From Raillietiella orientalis (taxonomy: Eukaryota), in the NCBI GenBank assembly GCA_036172245.1, contig JAYWIR010000014.1, positions 1,116,001 through 1,180,000 on the forward strand: 64,000 nucleotides of DNA, read 5' to 3'. The position numbers were made by a program, and so were the translations under genes. The notes beneath the pieces were generated by a model. That model had not been told where the DNA came from. It saw only the letters and a program-made list of their open reading frames with translations, and ran no database searches. Positions 11,369 through 24,700 of this stretch are shown here, in pieces; within the stretch, counting starts at the first letter, position 1; the number at the start of each line of letters is the position of its first letter.

Positions 11369-14300
11369 TATTACCCTTCATCTCTTTGTACCCCCTATTT
11401 TAACATTAATGCCATTAACAAAGTTTTGAATAAGTTTAGCATATGCTTATGGGTTTCTGAATGCATATACAGGGCGTTTCATTTCTGGTGTTGTTTGCTA
11501 GTTGTTTCGGGATCTTCTGTGTAGTCACAAGGTCGTCGTTGTTCAAGTCCCATGATCCCCAAATTCTTGCATTGTCGCTGTGAGTCCTTCCGTGGAGAAA
11601 TGGAGGACTAATCCTCGAAATTGCTCACCTTCTTCTGCCTTAGTCTTCCAGAGTGTTCATATAGATAGGATTCTAGGATGATGGCTGCTCCTTCACGTTT
11701 GAAAACCAAATCTGTTTCCAGTCTGGAGCAACTCTCGAAATAGATTGACTGGGAATAGCTTCTTCAATATGCTTCACTATTTCGTCGTGATGATCAGTGA
11801 TTACCGTTTGGTAACTGATGCAGTAGCTGAGGAGTGGTGTGAGAATCCCACACCCTCTGCAGATTCGATCAGCTTCATCCCTGGTGGGTTATCTTCGTAC
11901 ACACAGGAGAACCACCTGGAAGCTTGGATAAAACTGTTGTTTGTGACCCTCGAGGAGATTCCAAATCCTCTTCTTTATGTGTAAGAAAGAGATCCCAGTT
12001 TTATGAGGTTCCCAACCCAGCAGGAATCAAATGCTACTTGCAGCTGCTTCCTTTGATTTTGTAAGAAGTCGTGCAAAAGTTTCAACTTTGTTTTTCGTTT
12101 TGTTTTTTCCAGAAGAGATCTGCTGTGTCTTTTCTCGAAGCTCTACCGGATACGTTGCTACAGTAAATAGTATCATGGCTACTGAGAACCACCGATCCAG
12201 CTCCCATCCTGAGACTGAGAAAACAGAAAGATGAGCGTTCTTGTAAAGTGAGAAAACTGGTGTGAGAACTGCACATGAAAACGGAATCGACGTCAGGAAA
12301 AGGGACCAGCCGTAAGGCAGATAGAGATCTGGAAAATTCCAGTGAAAGGCGGAGAGTTCCTTGGAGTTCAAGGATTATCTACGACTCCTTCAGGAGCACC
12401 AAGAGGGATTCATTTGAGGATCAATGGTGGTTGTAGGCTGAACATCTCTTAAAACCTTCGCTTCACACTTAGACTAGCTGAACTAGAGAGTGAGAGAAAT
12501 CTCGGAGTACCTGCTGAAACTTCAGTCAGAGCCAGCGGTGAGTCGAAGGCACGACCAAGAAGCTACCTTCAAGAGCAGCTGCCTTCGGAAACGAATGAAC
12601 TCTTTTATGTGCGCTGCTCAACTGATTAAGGGGAAGACAAAAGCCAGGTGCACAAATTCATCCACCGGATGATCTTTGCTAATGATTTCAATGAGTTCAG
12701 CCTATGGACAGAAGAACTGTCAGTGGGTGCTGGAACAAAAAGAGACAAGAGAACATCTGAAACCTGAGAGAGGAGAATCCAAATCCATTTGGTTGACTGG
12801 ACATCAGAGCAATAAATTCGATGGTTTCAGTGGTTTGGTTCAGAGAAAGTTAATGAACTAGTTGATGAGTCCTTAGCCGCTTGAGATCCAGCTCTCTCTA
12901 AGCTTCCTCACTCGAGCAGCGTCTGTCACATGGCTGATCAGCAGATAAACCTTCAGACTTTCAGAATTTCCCTTCCAAGGTTTGCAAATCGATGAAAGCG
13001 CGGTAGCAGTGCTTCTCTTCATAGCAAATGGTAACCCTGTTGTTAGGTGGACGCGTGAAGATGGACGGCTGAGTGTATGATCGTCTCCGTAAAACGCACT
13101 GGAGAAGGAAAAAAATGTGACCGTCTTAATTCCAAAAAAATCTCTAGAAAGAGTTAGGTTGAGACTATGGCACAGAACATACTTTTTGGACTTTCTTTCA
13201 AAACCTCACTGCAGGCTTAAGCTCATGATGAGAAACGGACGCAGCTGGCCATCATCCCTCTCTGGTGGAGGAAGATGCTCCTTCGCAACTTTCCCGTCTT
13301 CTTCCGTCCTTAAGCTGATGCGGTCCCTGGCCACGTTCAGAAGATCACCCCATTTTTCGGCATCTGGCCCTCTTGGTTCGCACTTCGCGCACGTCTTCCC
13401 GGCTATTCCAGCTATTCGTTTTACCTTCCTGCTCCTCTTTCCGGCGCTTTCCTGAACTCCCCAAAGTGATTTCGAGCGGTGTCACTTCGTGATCATCGCC
13501 GCAGGGAGGGTTTGGCCCGAAAATCCTCCCCAGGGGAGGAAGGGGAGAGGTGGATATCAGATCAGGAAATCCAGGGAGTAAAAGAAGGAAAAACCGTTTC
13601 CGGCTCTGCGGGTGCAGATCGACTCAGGTGGGAGTCGCCGTAGCGTTTCCAAGGAACTGTCGCGTCGGGTGAGCCTGGCCTTCCGAGTTTCCTACGGAAC
13701 GCCTGGGACGAGGCCGCATCCTTTTGAAGGCCGTCTTTCAGCCAGGGCAAGCGAGGGAAGGGATGGAGCAGAAAAGAACTCGCACTCCTCTAGGAACTTC
13801 TCCTGAGACTTCGTCCGAGAGAAACCTGGGAGCCCGGAGGCGGGGCTGACTCCTCCTCTCGCCCGCACTGCTAAAGCAGCTCTCTAGAGATCCGGCTGTA
13901 AACAGGAAGAACAAAGATGCAAGGGGAAAAAGGAGGGGTGGTTCCAAAGAGATGAAATGCGCGAGTAGAACATCTCTGGAAAGCGGCCGACATCCCAAGG
14001 GGACAAGGATGAGGGGACGAGAGAGGAGAAACGGAGAGCGGATCTTCGAGAAGATTTGGACCCTGAGGGAAATTCGGCTTTGAGAGAGCTCCCTGGACCC
14101 GTTTCCTTCTCGGCGGGAGATTTCCCACGAAAGGGATGATCGTGGTTTCCGGTTTTGCACAGTTTCCGGAAGACGGCCATAAAAGGCGAGGACGGGAGCG
14201 CAGCTGACCGAATCCTCCGGGGGCAATCCGAGGGAGTGGTTTATTGTCATCTTAGAGTTCCCCCTCGGGACATTTTCTCAGAGGGTCCTGGTATCGCAGC

Positions 14301-17300
14301 ATCCGGAATGCGAGTAGGCATGATTCCACCTTTCCTTTCTCTTCTTCCTTTCTTCTCCAGAGTTTCCAAGCCCCTATTCCAGTTCTTCCTTTTCGGGAAT
14401 GGACGAAAAGCTGATCCCTACCCTCAGGGCTTCTCACCCTTTCTAATCTTGCATCCACCCATCCCAGATGAGAGCTACCATTTCCTTCCTCACCTCCCCC
14501 ACGATGGAGGTCGTCGCGCTCACCCCATTTTCCCAGTCCCCCTTATGTGCATGGCTGCCCTAAAATCACTTCCTTCCGGGATGACAGATTCCCTCGAAGC
14601 CGGAGAGAGAGAGGCATCTGCCGTGGGGCAGCTACTGGATTCTGGTCAAGCAAGATCCTGTAGCCGAGAGGAATCCCTAAAGATGAAGTCACCTGGGAAG
14701 TGCTGCCGCTGTTGCTCTCTCATGACCGGAACCAGCCATTAAAACTCCTCTGTGATGATGAGCTCATCTGGAACTTCGCACTCGTTACCGGGAAAGCACC
14801 ATCAAGAAGACTTCCTGTAGGATCTCTGACTGCAGACGAGACACCTTTCTCCAGGACAGAACCTTCATTCGCACCGAAATTCTAGAGCGAAGAAACTGAC
14901 CTCTAAAACTCCCCTGAGGTCCTCCTCGGAAAACAGACCCGCTTTGGCAAAAGAGAGGTCCGAGTTGTTTCGGCCGCTGTGGTTCTGGTCGTCATCCACT
15001 TACCGTCACTTTCCAGCACCGTTGAACCTCGCTGACTGCATTGCTGCTGTTGCGACAACTCATGCCTTCCTCTCAAGAAACACATCTCGAGCTGCTGGGT
15101 GAACCCTTAGACATCCTACAGGTCTTCCCATATAGAGTCACATTCATCCTCCTCCATCTCTCTCAAGTCACCGCTGCACCCTCCTCCCGACTCAGATGCA
15201 TGCTCTCCTCTTACCGGTTTCGGAACTTTCCCGGTTTTTTTCTTTTCCAGAAGGACTAACCAGAGACCCGTGACCCCACTCCCCATTCTGGTTTTCATTT
15301 GTTATCCTATCCCTTTCGTTTCCAACTTTTAGATGTGCCGACCTGCGTGTCGGTAGTCCCTCCCCTTGAACTTGTTTTGCCTTCGTTCGGGAACCGCGTT
15401 CTCAACCGGTTTATCTTTCCCATCAAGCGAACACCTCTGCACAACCGGGTGAAGAATCTCAGATGCACGTCGGCGCTCGTCGGACTGCCAGACCGAATGC
15501 TTGCTGCGGTGTCATAGACTCCACTGCTGTGCGCCCGCAGTCTGGTGGTTGCTCATGTGTCCACGGTGTGCTCCTGAATGCTGTGCCCGCGGGAGATATG
15601 CTTCCTATATGGTGCCACATCATGTGCGTACTTTCGATGGCTGAGCAGTTCCGCTTCCCACAGTTCTTGGGCTGAAAGTTTTTCGCGCTTTTGATGGTGA
15701 TGCTGGAAAAAGTCGGAGTTATACAGCTGCGCGCACGCACAGCTTCCTACGTGCCCGCATTCTTCCATGAGGAGCACTGTAGTGGCGGTAGAATTCTGTA
15801 GGAGATTCGACTTTGATCCAGATTTCAATCCAGACCATCTGTTACTAGGTGAAGGCTGCCCAACTGATCACTTGGAATCTGTGCCACAGCGTCACACGAG
15901 CTGCGTCTGGCAACTCGTTCGAATAAAGACTAGGGAGGGATGATCCAAGGATGATGTCGATTCGCTTTCTCTCGAAGCTGCTGTGCTGTTTCTCTTGAAC
16001 AGTGCTGTTATCAGCCCCTGTAAACTGGTATCCTGGTGGTGGAGTTGCGTGTAGGACGATGAATGGCAGGGACATGCACAAACAGCCTCTGATTCGTATC
16101 CGGAGAGAATGGCAATGTAGAGATAAGGGGAAACTGAGCTGAGACTGAGGGCGAGCTGACCTCGGAACGTGCGCTCAATCGCTCCCAGTACTTACTGGAG
16201 TGCACCACGGGGGAAACTTATGGTTGAAGCTGTCTCCAGCGACTCATCAGGATGCAAAAGTTTCACTCCCAAAATATCGGCAGCCGCTCATAACCGATGT
16301 GGGAAGAGAAGCCTTCTGGTGCAAGGGTGCTCTGGAGTATAGCTTCGCATCCCGAAGCACGCAGCTGCTGCATCCCAGGTTCGAAGGAAACTCCGCCCTT
16401 GATAAAACTCGGTTGGCAAGGCTCGAGAACCTTCTTCGTCTGAAGAAGAATTAAAGGCTTCCCAGTTAACTTCGCAGGCGTGTAGGGAAAAGAAGGCATT
16501 CCTGGTGAGCACAAATCCTTTCATTTTTTTGGTCCAGGGACGGACCCTAGGGGGAAGATGAGGGGAGAGGATACTAGAGCCTATGAAGGGAGGCAGAGAG
16601 CACAGGAAGACTTCAAGAAAAAAATAATTCGATTGTGTCTGCGCGTTTCAAGAATTTAAGGGTGGTCAGTTTCTTAGCTGTAGAAGATTAACGTTTGGGC
16701 TACCAAATCGTTGTCATGGCACCGTGAGATGAAGTGTGGAAACAGATCACTGTCAAAGGAAGAAAGGGAAAGCGTTCGTGATCAGCTCAGCAGCACGAGA
16801 GGGAAAGAGCCCGGAAGGGAAGATACCTTAAATCTAATCCGATTACGGCAGAGTCGCCCCGCGACTTGCATCTTCCTGTGCATCTCCAGGAAGAAAAATT
16901 CTCCCGAGAGAGATAAAGAAAAAAGATTCGTGAGTCACCATGAACTCAGCCCTTCAAAGCAGTTTGAACACGGTTCCTGGAAGGTCGGTGTCGTGCAGCT
17001 GCCAGCGCAGCGTGCTTTCCTGCCTAGCAGCGGATTTGTTCTGTGTCACCACGAGCGTCTCCAACAGCCTGGGATGAACGGTCGAGCCCTGCGCGCATGC
17101 GTGTCTGCGGAAACCCCAGGTGAGGCCGTCAGCTGAATCTCTAATGAACCTCTTGCTATAATTAATAAGGCTCGGAGAGCTCCAATTACGTACTAATACT
17201 CTTCACGAAGAGACGACTTATTCTTTTCCGTCACGTTTTTTTATTAGCAGCATCAAAGTAGGTGTGTTTCCTTGGAAAGGGAAGCTGTTTGGAAGTTCAT

Positions 17301-17959
17301 CCAAAGTTGATGAGCGTCGTGTCAATCGAGAAACAAAGCCACTTTCCGGATTTGGTCCACGAGCAATAAAAATTGAATAATAATAATGGGTTTACTGAGG
17401 GGGAGAGAATTGCATTAAATTTTTATGGCGGAGCGTGATTTTGACGACCAGGTGTCAGATTCTGCTAGAGAGGGAGGTGGGAAGAAACCACGCAGCTACC
17501 AGAGTCTGCCATCGGAAGGCGGAGCTCGCAACATCCATCGACAGGAAGGCGTTTCCGCTCCGACGCTCGTCCTCCGAAGGCTATACTTCCGAGGATGGCG
17601 GCTGCTTGGAAGCAATGCGACCGAAACAGCCGTTTGTAGGTCGGACGCGCCTGCCTTTCCAGGACGGAAGGCAAGTCGGGAGGAAGGGCCAGTACTTTCG
17701 GCTGCCACCGCATCCTCCTGAAGATCGTCACTCTGAATGCTCCCGCGGTACCGGCGGCCTTCGTTGAAACTTGCTCCTTTGTAAACTTCAGGTCACTTCT
17801 TACCAGCGCCCCTTTTCTTAAAATTCTGCATTGACCTTCGTGGTCATGGCGCATGCGACTCAAAGCCCGGCAAACACCGCAGGTGCGTCGCTGACGTCTC
17901 TGATTCCCGGTGCACGAGGTACTTGCCAGACACAGTGTTGAAAGTTCTTCAAAAAGGGA

Positions 17960-18572
17960 TTGAGAATTTGTGGCAGCACTCTATACCACTTTAGGCGAAG
18001 CAGGCAGGATTCATCTCCTACCTGCTTCCTAGCTGGTACACGGATGAAGAGGAGACCTTCATGTGCGACGTGGACGAACTTGTTCCAATCTGCAAAATGC
18101 AGTCGTTGCGGAAATTCCAGGAAACCCGGCGGTACTCGAGGTCAGGAAGAAGGATTGACGGCCAACGAAAGACACCACGGGACATTCTCCTGGCGCTGCG
18201 CATTACGTCTGCTCCAAGCGGGAGACATGTCTTCGTAGGTGGTCCCGTCGAGTAGCACCCTGCCGTTGCAAACCGGACAAAACCGTGAGTTTTCTTCTTC
18301 CTTGAGCTCAACGACACCTTTCCTACAAACGGTGCACTCTGTGGTGGAAAAGAAATTACAAACTCCTCCCACAGAACTCGGAAAGACCCGTGTCTGGATA
18401 CAGACGGACGACGAGGAAAAGCGGCAGCATACATGCCGAAGGCGTTCCGACGGTGGGAAAACGAGTCTCCGGAAGATCCAGGGTCAAGCGGATCCGTGGA
18501 AACGAAGCATCCCAAGCATCGAATGGTCTCAAGCCCACTCGCCATCCCACGCCAGGCATCGTCGACGTCCTT
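17960..18572 (+). repeat. Repeat A, partial direct copy (613 bp)
   Basis: Matches 9492-10104 at a constant offset of 8468, with the same ORF translations. Similarity decays over the next ~10 bp. Confidence 0.96.
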
Positions 18573-18602
18573 CACTGAACAATGGCAAGTACGTACAGTG
18601 TC

Positions 18603-18641
18603 TGTCTGGATACAGAGAGAAGACGAGGAAAGGTGGCAGCA
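18603..18641 (+). repeat. Diverged 39-bp echo of an internal part of repeat A
   Basis: tgtctggatacagagagaagacgaggaaaggtggcagca vs 18391-18429 tgtctggatacagacggacgacgaggaaaagcggcagca, 34/39 identical. Confidence 0.8.
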
Positions 18642-19308
18642 GCAAGCACGTGTTTCCGCTTCACGCTGTCTGTTCTGCTCCCCCCTTTGGCTCCACCGTC
18701 TCGGCTACAGCCTGAATATGGGTCGGCCCGCCGGCCTTCCTCGCAATGCTGTGCAATGAGACCTCCGCTGCAGAGGTTTTGGCTGGGAACTTCAAAAGCT
18801 GCTTGCTGCCTGGCGTCTGCTGAAACTGGTTCCGCATACCTCCGGCATGTTCCGAGGGACTGAATCTCTCCACTAATTGCTGCCATCACATCTGTTTATT
18901 GTGCTTTGCCTTAAGCTTAAGATGGAACCGTTCCCGCGAGGCACAGTTTTTCCTTTCTTTCTTCGCTCCTTTCGCGATCCGCTGGAAGTCACGTGACTTC
19001 GAAATATCCGCGCAGGGTCCGCTCCAACTCTCTTCCCTATATCCCTGGTGGAAGTAAGATGCTTCGAGAACGTTCTCTGTTGCCTCCACTCGAGTCCCCC
19101 AAACGTAGGCTCTGGGTCTGCCTTGACTATAGAGCTCCCCGGAAGAAGCGATGCCGAGTCAGTCAAACTGACGCCTCGCAGCTCGGTACTTTTGCACGGG
19201 AAATTTGTTCAGTGACGGAGCGTCGCTCTGCCTCCCACACCCTGGAATCGAACTCGCATCCCGAGAAAATGTGCCTACACTTTATTGCTACATCGCCTCG
19301 TTATATCT

Positions 19309-20070
19309 ACGTGCCCCTTCTACGTGCCCACAGATCCAACTCGGGACCCACAAAGATGGATCCATCTGCTCGGCATTTCCCGTGGAAACTTCGAGATCTT
19401 CCCGGCCGTCCTGAGAGGCTCCTCCGTCCTTCCTCCGCGTTACCGAAAGGTCGTCATCTTGATGAAGCAACGGACAGTACTTCGGGACGAGAAACATCGG
19501 CGTGCATCCACCGTGGGGCAGTGGGAGCTCCGACGCGCAGGCTCCTCGAACGAGAAAGGCCGAGTCAGGGGTGGGAACCCATCAGAGAGGCACTTCGATG
19601 ATCGGATACTGCCCGGCAGACCTGCCTCAAGAAGAGTTCACCTTTCCAGTCTCGCCCATCGCCCCCTCGCTCGTAGTTGCCTGCCACGTGAGCGCCAAGA
19701 CGGAGGAAGAGTGGCAACCCGGGAAGTCGCTTGCGATCGGTGTCGCCCGCAAGCGGAGGGCGATGAAACGGCCGAACCCAGGATAGCAGAGGAACCGTTC
19801 GACGATTGTGAGCACCGGTGAACGCACTTCTCTCCCTGTACCCTTTCCCTTCCCGACGCATGCCCTCGGGAATCTTGTTCGGCACCCTGAGGCCGGTCCA
19901 TCTCGTTGCCTATTCATCGATCGACACTCCCTCTCCTGCCTGCCACTCCCGCTTACTCCCATCCCCGTCGAAGGTAGTCCCTTTGGTTTCGGGCCCGCTC
20001 ACACCGGTACCCTATAACTATGTAAATCACTATTAATGCATTGTCAATAGATGACTCTGCAATTCGGGAT
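19309..20070 (+). repeat. Repeat B, copy 1 (~760 bp)
   Basis: Reverse complement of 47059-47823. Core 19466-19990 is near-identical (one 1-bp indel and one substitution seen); both flanks are clearly more diverged. Confidence 0.95.
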
Positions 20071-20330
20071 AAGGCCAAGACCTCAGCCAAACTTGAACCG
20101 CTCCGAGCTCCTGACTCGAACTGCGGCGCTCCAGGACGTGAAGTGCACTTCCTGCGTGCGCTTCGACTCTTGCTCCGCTCTTTCATCTGACTTTTGTTTT
20201 CTTCCATTTGCACAACTGAAGTAGTGGCAGGAAGTTGCGCTCGCAGACGTGCGTGCCTACGCCCACACTTCACTTGTAATCAAATTGTTGCAAAGCATGT
20301 TACTGGGAGCACAGACGAGTTCGGAGAAAG

Positions 20331-20470
20331 GGTTTCCCCCATCTCGTCCTCCTGCTTCTTCTCCCTACCTCATCTGAGAACTCTTGCAAGTTCTTGCATC
20401 ACGTGAAGTGACCCACTACGTGCTTCCAATGCGTATCTCGGAAATCATACTTTCCCTTCGAGCATCGCGT
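20331..20470 (-). repeat. Repeat C, copy 2 (inverted)
   Basis: Partner of 11230-11368; core matches 58/65. Confidence 0.85.
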
Positions 20471-20502
20471 TTCTGTTCTCACGCGAACCTCCTGCTTCGT
20501 GG

Positions 20503-21735
20503 AGTTTCAATACCCTCATCCCTTCGCCACTACCGAAGATGACATGACCGCTATCATCCGTACTATGACCGCTTTTATGGTAACCGGCACTCCTCTTGCG
20601 GCGCCGCGAAGAGCCCATGCTCTCCTACCATCGACCTGCATCTTCCAGCGTCGCGACCCGCGATACTCGTAGGGACAGGCGACCTTCGGCACGACTGCCA
20701 TGCCTTCCCTCTGTCCGGCAGCATCGCTCCTGACTTTGTCTCCGGACCTGTTCCCGGAACGTGGCGGCTGTAGCCTTCCAGATCCCACTGTTGCAGGATA
20801 TTCCTCCTGATCCGGGTCGCCAACTCTGGCTGCTGATGTGCGCACGAGTCGTGGATGAGGCCTAACGTTTCCTCCCATCTTCCGCGTCTCCTGCCGGAAC
20901 GATCGACACCGTTCCTGGTGGGCGAAGCCCGCCGCACACGCAGAAGGGTGTCTGACGCCGCACGAATAAATCGACAATCCGCAAATCGAAGGTGTTGTTT
21001 GTTGAGGGACTCGTGCCCAACGCCGGACTTGGTGTACCGCTGGTGTTGTTGCTCAGTAAAGGACGTCGACGATGCCTGGCGTGGGATGGCGAGTGGGCTT
21101 GAGACCATTCGATGCTTGGGATGCTTCGTTTCCACGGATCCGCTTGACCCTGGATCTTCCGGAGACTCGTTTTCCCACCGTCGGAACGCCTTCGGCATGT
21201 ATGCTGCCGCTTTTCCTCGTCGTCCGTCTGTATCCAGACACGGGTCTTTCCGAGTTCTGTGGGAGGAGTTTGTAATTTCTTTTCCACCACAGAGTGCACC
21301 GTTTGTAGGAAAGGTGTCGTTGAGCTCAAGGAAGAAGAAAACTCACGGTTTTGTCCGGTTTGCAACGGCAGGGTGCTACTCGACGGGACCACCTACGAAG
21401 ACATGTCTCCCGCTTGGAGCAGACGTAATGCGCAGCGCCAGGAGAATGTCCCGTGGTGTCTTTCGTTGGCCGTCAATCCTTCTTCCTGACCTCGAGTACC
21501 GCCGGGTTTCCTGGAATTTCCGCAACGACTGCATTTTGCAGATTGGAACAAGTTCGTCCACGTCGCACATGAAGGTCTCCTCTTCATCCGTGTACCAGCT
21601 AGGAAGCAGGTAGGAGATGAATCCTGCCTGCTTCGCCTAAAGTGGTATAGAGTGCTGCCACAAATTCTCAACCCCCTTTGGCGAAACTTCCAGCCTCCCA
21701 CCCATGAGGTACGGCTCACGGAAACGATGGGAGAT
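20503..21735 (-). repeat. Repeat A, copy 2 (1,233 bp), right arm of long inverted repeat
   Basis: Reverse complement of 9428-10660; no differences seen. Confidence 0.97.
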
Positions 21736-24700
21736 ACTGGCCATTGGCGAGGTACTGGTTGCTGTTAGATTTCATCATTTTCCGTCTGTTCTTCCAGGAA
21801 TGAGAATTTTCCTGGTCTTCATCCAGAATGATACAGTAGGGGCAGAACTCGTGTCATGATCTGAACTGGGAACTGGGTTTAATGGAATAGCTCGTCACTG
21901 GTCGAAAGTCCCAAAGTAGGTGGTTTTTTTCAGCCAGAGGAGGTCTATGAGTGTCAGGGATCTCCATAGGGTAGAGCCTTTGGTGTCGGGTACGATGGCT
22001 CACTGGAGCGCAGATGTCCCCTGTTAGAAGAACAGTCCTCTCTACCACCTGTAGAAAAGAGCCTGCGAAATGTTTGGGGATTCTCCTTATGGATCGGCCA
22101 GCCAGCTTGGTAACAAACGTGTACAGTTTACCTTTGATCTCATGCTTTGGTAAGATTTCCAGCCGTGACCGTATCATGTTTTTTCCTCTGGACCTTATTC
22201 TGTGGGCCTCCTCTCTCTATCGAAAGCCAAACGCTCTTAATAAGAGAGAGGAAATGGATCTCCCATGCAGCCGTGGGACCACGTTTTGTCCTCCCGCTTT
22301 TACCCTCTGAACGAAAGAAGTGATCCGCATGTAACGGGAATTCCTTGGATTTTCGTGAGTCAGCCATTCGTACAAAATAGGAAGGAAAAGCGCCCGTCTC
22401 ATCCGATCACACCGGTGCTTGGCCTCAGCTGCTGGCGCGCGCCGACCAGTGAGGGCGGTGCTCCCAGCGGCGAGGGAGAGAGACAGAACTCCAAACCTTC
22501 TCCTCTCAGCGGCTTCAGGAATGGAATCGCGCTTACAGGTGACGGAAGCTCAAACAGGCGAAACGGATGGCGGCGAAGAACGAAGAGCGGGACACTCGGA
22601 CGGATCGTCGATTGCAGGCCTGGATCCCGAAATTGCTCGCGTCGGGACAAGGGATTTTCGGATGATTACAGAATCGGAGATGGGTTCGCGAGGAGGAGCT
22701 CGGGAACCGTGAAGGAACACGCGTGCCGGGGGGATTATTTTCGGCGTCAGCCCGCGTCGGGTCCGGATTCCCTTTTGACGGCGAGCTGCGCGCGCTCACG
22801 CATCGTGCGCGCCGAGCAGAGGCAGCTGCTGTACCCCCAGTATCAGTGAAAATTCGAGCAGCAATTACAGAGTCTCCCACTCGGCTGATTTGCAAATGGC
22901 GATAATGGATTTGGGGAGAGGGGGATGGAAAGGGAGACTCAGGAAGAGTTGACTGTTCGCGCCGATGGCCTCAATTTCGCGAAGGATTGTCTGGAGGACT
23001 CGAAGACTCTCAACTCTCCCTTCTGTCGAATGAAGGTGAACCTCAGAGGATGCGGTGAAAAGATCGGAAGGAGTGGAGGAGGAAGAAAACGATCTTCTTC
23101 GGTGGTTTCCAAGGTGATCTAGAGAGAGAAGGGAGGGGGGTGAGAGGGAAAGCAACAGAGCTGAATCCAGCGATTTCGGTAATCACCGGACGGACCCAGC
23201 ACGAAAGGGGGAGGAGCACTAGAGGCAAGCGGACGGCAACCCTGAGAATGGATCTCACGGGTGGCAAGGAAAGAGAGGGGTTTCGGAAAACAAGGAGCAG
23301 ACAGGCACCAATCGAGTGCTGCTCACCTTGGTTGGCCTAGCCAGCGCGTTCCTGGTCGGGAACGAACCACCTCATCCCGGAGAGCGGGTCACTCCGTGCT
23401 GAGATTCCTCTGGGGAACAACCGTAAATAAAAGCCAAGCACTGGCTTCTGCTGAGTGCTTTCAAATGCCTGACTTGCTGTCCGTGCCCCATGTTGCTGCT
23501 TTGTTCGCTCCAGGAAACGGTCCGACAAACCCAGAGGGCTCGTTGCCGAAGGGCACCACCTCCTGGCGGAGCGCTTCCTCAGACTTCGCGTGGGATGGTG
23601 GGAGTTCCTCCGGGGCAGATTCCGCATCTTGGCTGGAACAGACGGACTCCCTCATGGATATCTCCCACGACACCGGATGGCTGGTGCCGAAGAGCCCTCT
23701 TTCCCCAACGGAGCAGAGCCGAAGATCCTCGGCTTTCCTAGCGCAGGAACGTCGGCCCACTTCCCAAAACAAGGGTACAGGAAGGGGCATCCGATGGACG
23801 TAACGAGGTCACCAGAGCGGAGATCTCCAAGGGGCAAAGGGGAAAGCAGAAGTTCAGACGGCGCCACGCCCCACGATTGCAGAGACGTAGGATCCTCGTT
23901 CTGCTACTGGTCGTCGCTGCTTGGAGGCCCTGAGGTCGCAGGGGACATCCCCTAGCAGGATCGAGTGAGAACAAGTGGCACTGACACCACCTCTCGCTCC
24001 GGTGATGCGGGTGCGCCCCATCCCTTCTCAAGGCCGTCGCCCTGCTGAGGGTGGCAAGCCGTATCCTGCGTCGCGTGCGCGCGCGCGCACCCCTACCGGC
24101 TGCTGCGCATCAGGCGCCTTCGACCCCGTATCGGGATTTTGGAGCTGCCGACGGATTTACCGACGAACGTGAGCGCTCGTCTCGCGGCGCCCAGGACCTC
24201 TACGACTGCGACTCGCCGACACCGGAAGCCTTCAAGCCGCCCGGTGTCGTGGCGAAGGGGAAAGCAATTCTTCCCCTCCTTCCTGCCCTCTTCCCTTCTC
24301 GGCGCCCCGTAGGCGGCGGGGAATGAGCGAGCGCTATTGAAGACCGGAAGTTTCCGTGGCGGAAGTGCCCTCAGACGGAGGCGTGTCGGCCGCATCCCGA
24401 GATCCCCAGTCCTTTCCCGAGTCTCTCCTGTGGAAGAGCCGCCGCGATAGGTGGCTCGGGCAGGGCGGGGGGGCGCTGCATTCCAAGCAAGGAAGGAATG
24501 ACACCTCTCCCCCATTCCCGGCATTCCTGCCGACTTTCGGAGGAGCAGCCATCTACGGGGTTATCAGCGCAGTGAGAGGTAGGGTGTGTGGGGGGCGACC
24601 TAACCCAGGAGGGAAGGGGTAGAGGGATATCCCGAGATGGCCGCGCGGAGGTAGTCAGCAGGAAGGGAGTGCTGCGGCTTCTTCGGCACATCCCCGTAGA

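Noticed and set aside
19561..20075. Second LSU rRNA-like stretch inside repeat B (gcctc..gaagagtt, gcctgccac, ttcgggataagg)
   Set aside because: The anchors are short and their spacing is inconsistent with the LSU. I could not separate this from chance without a model search.
20140..20154. Exact 15-mer gaagtgcacttcctg shared with ~58954
   Set aside because: A few 15-mer matches are expected by chance in 64 kb, and this one does not extend.
9428..21735. Polinton/Maverick, Mutator or composite transposon with long terminal inverted repeats
   Set aside because: No target-site duplication, and no transposase, integrase or DNA polymerase ORF in the arms or the interior.
23543..23572. Isolated SSU rRNA-like words (gaagggcaccacc here; also near 2519, 39979, 44853 and 45579)
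   Set aside because: Single 11-13-nt matches with no colinear flanking similarity.
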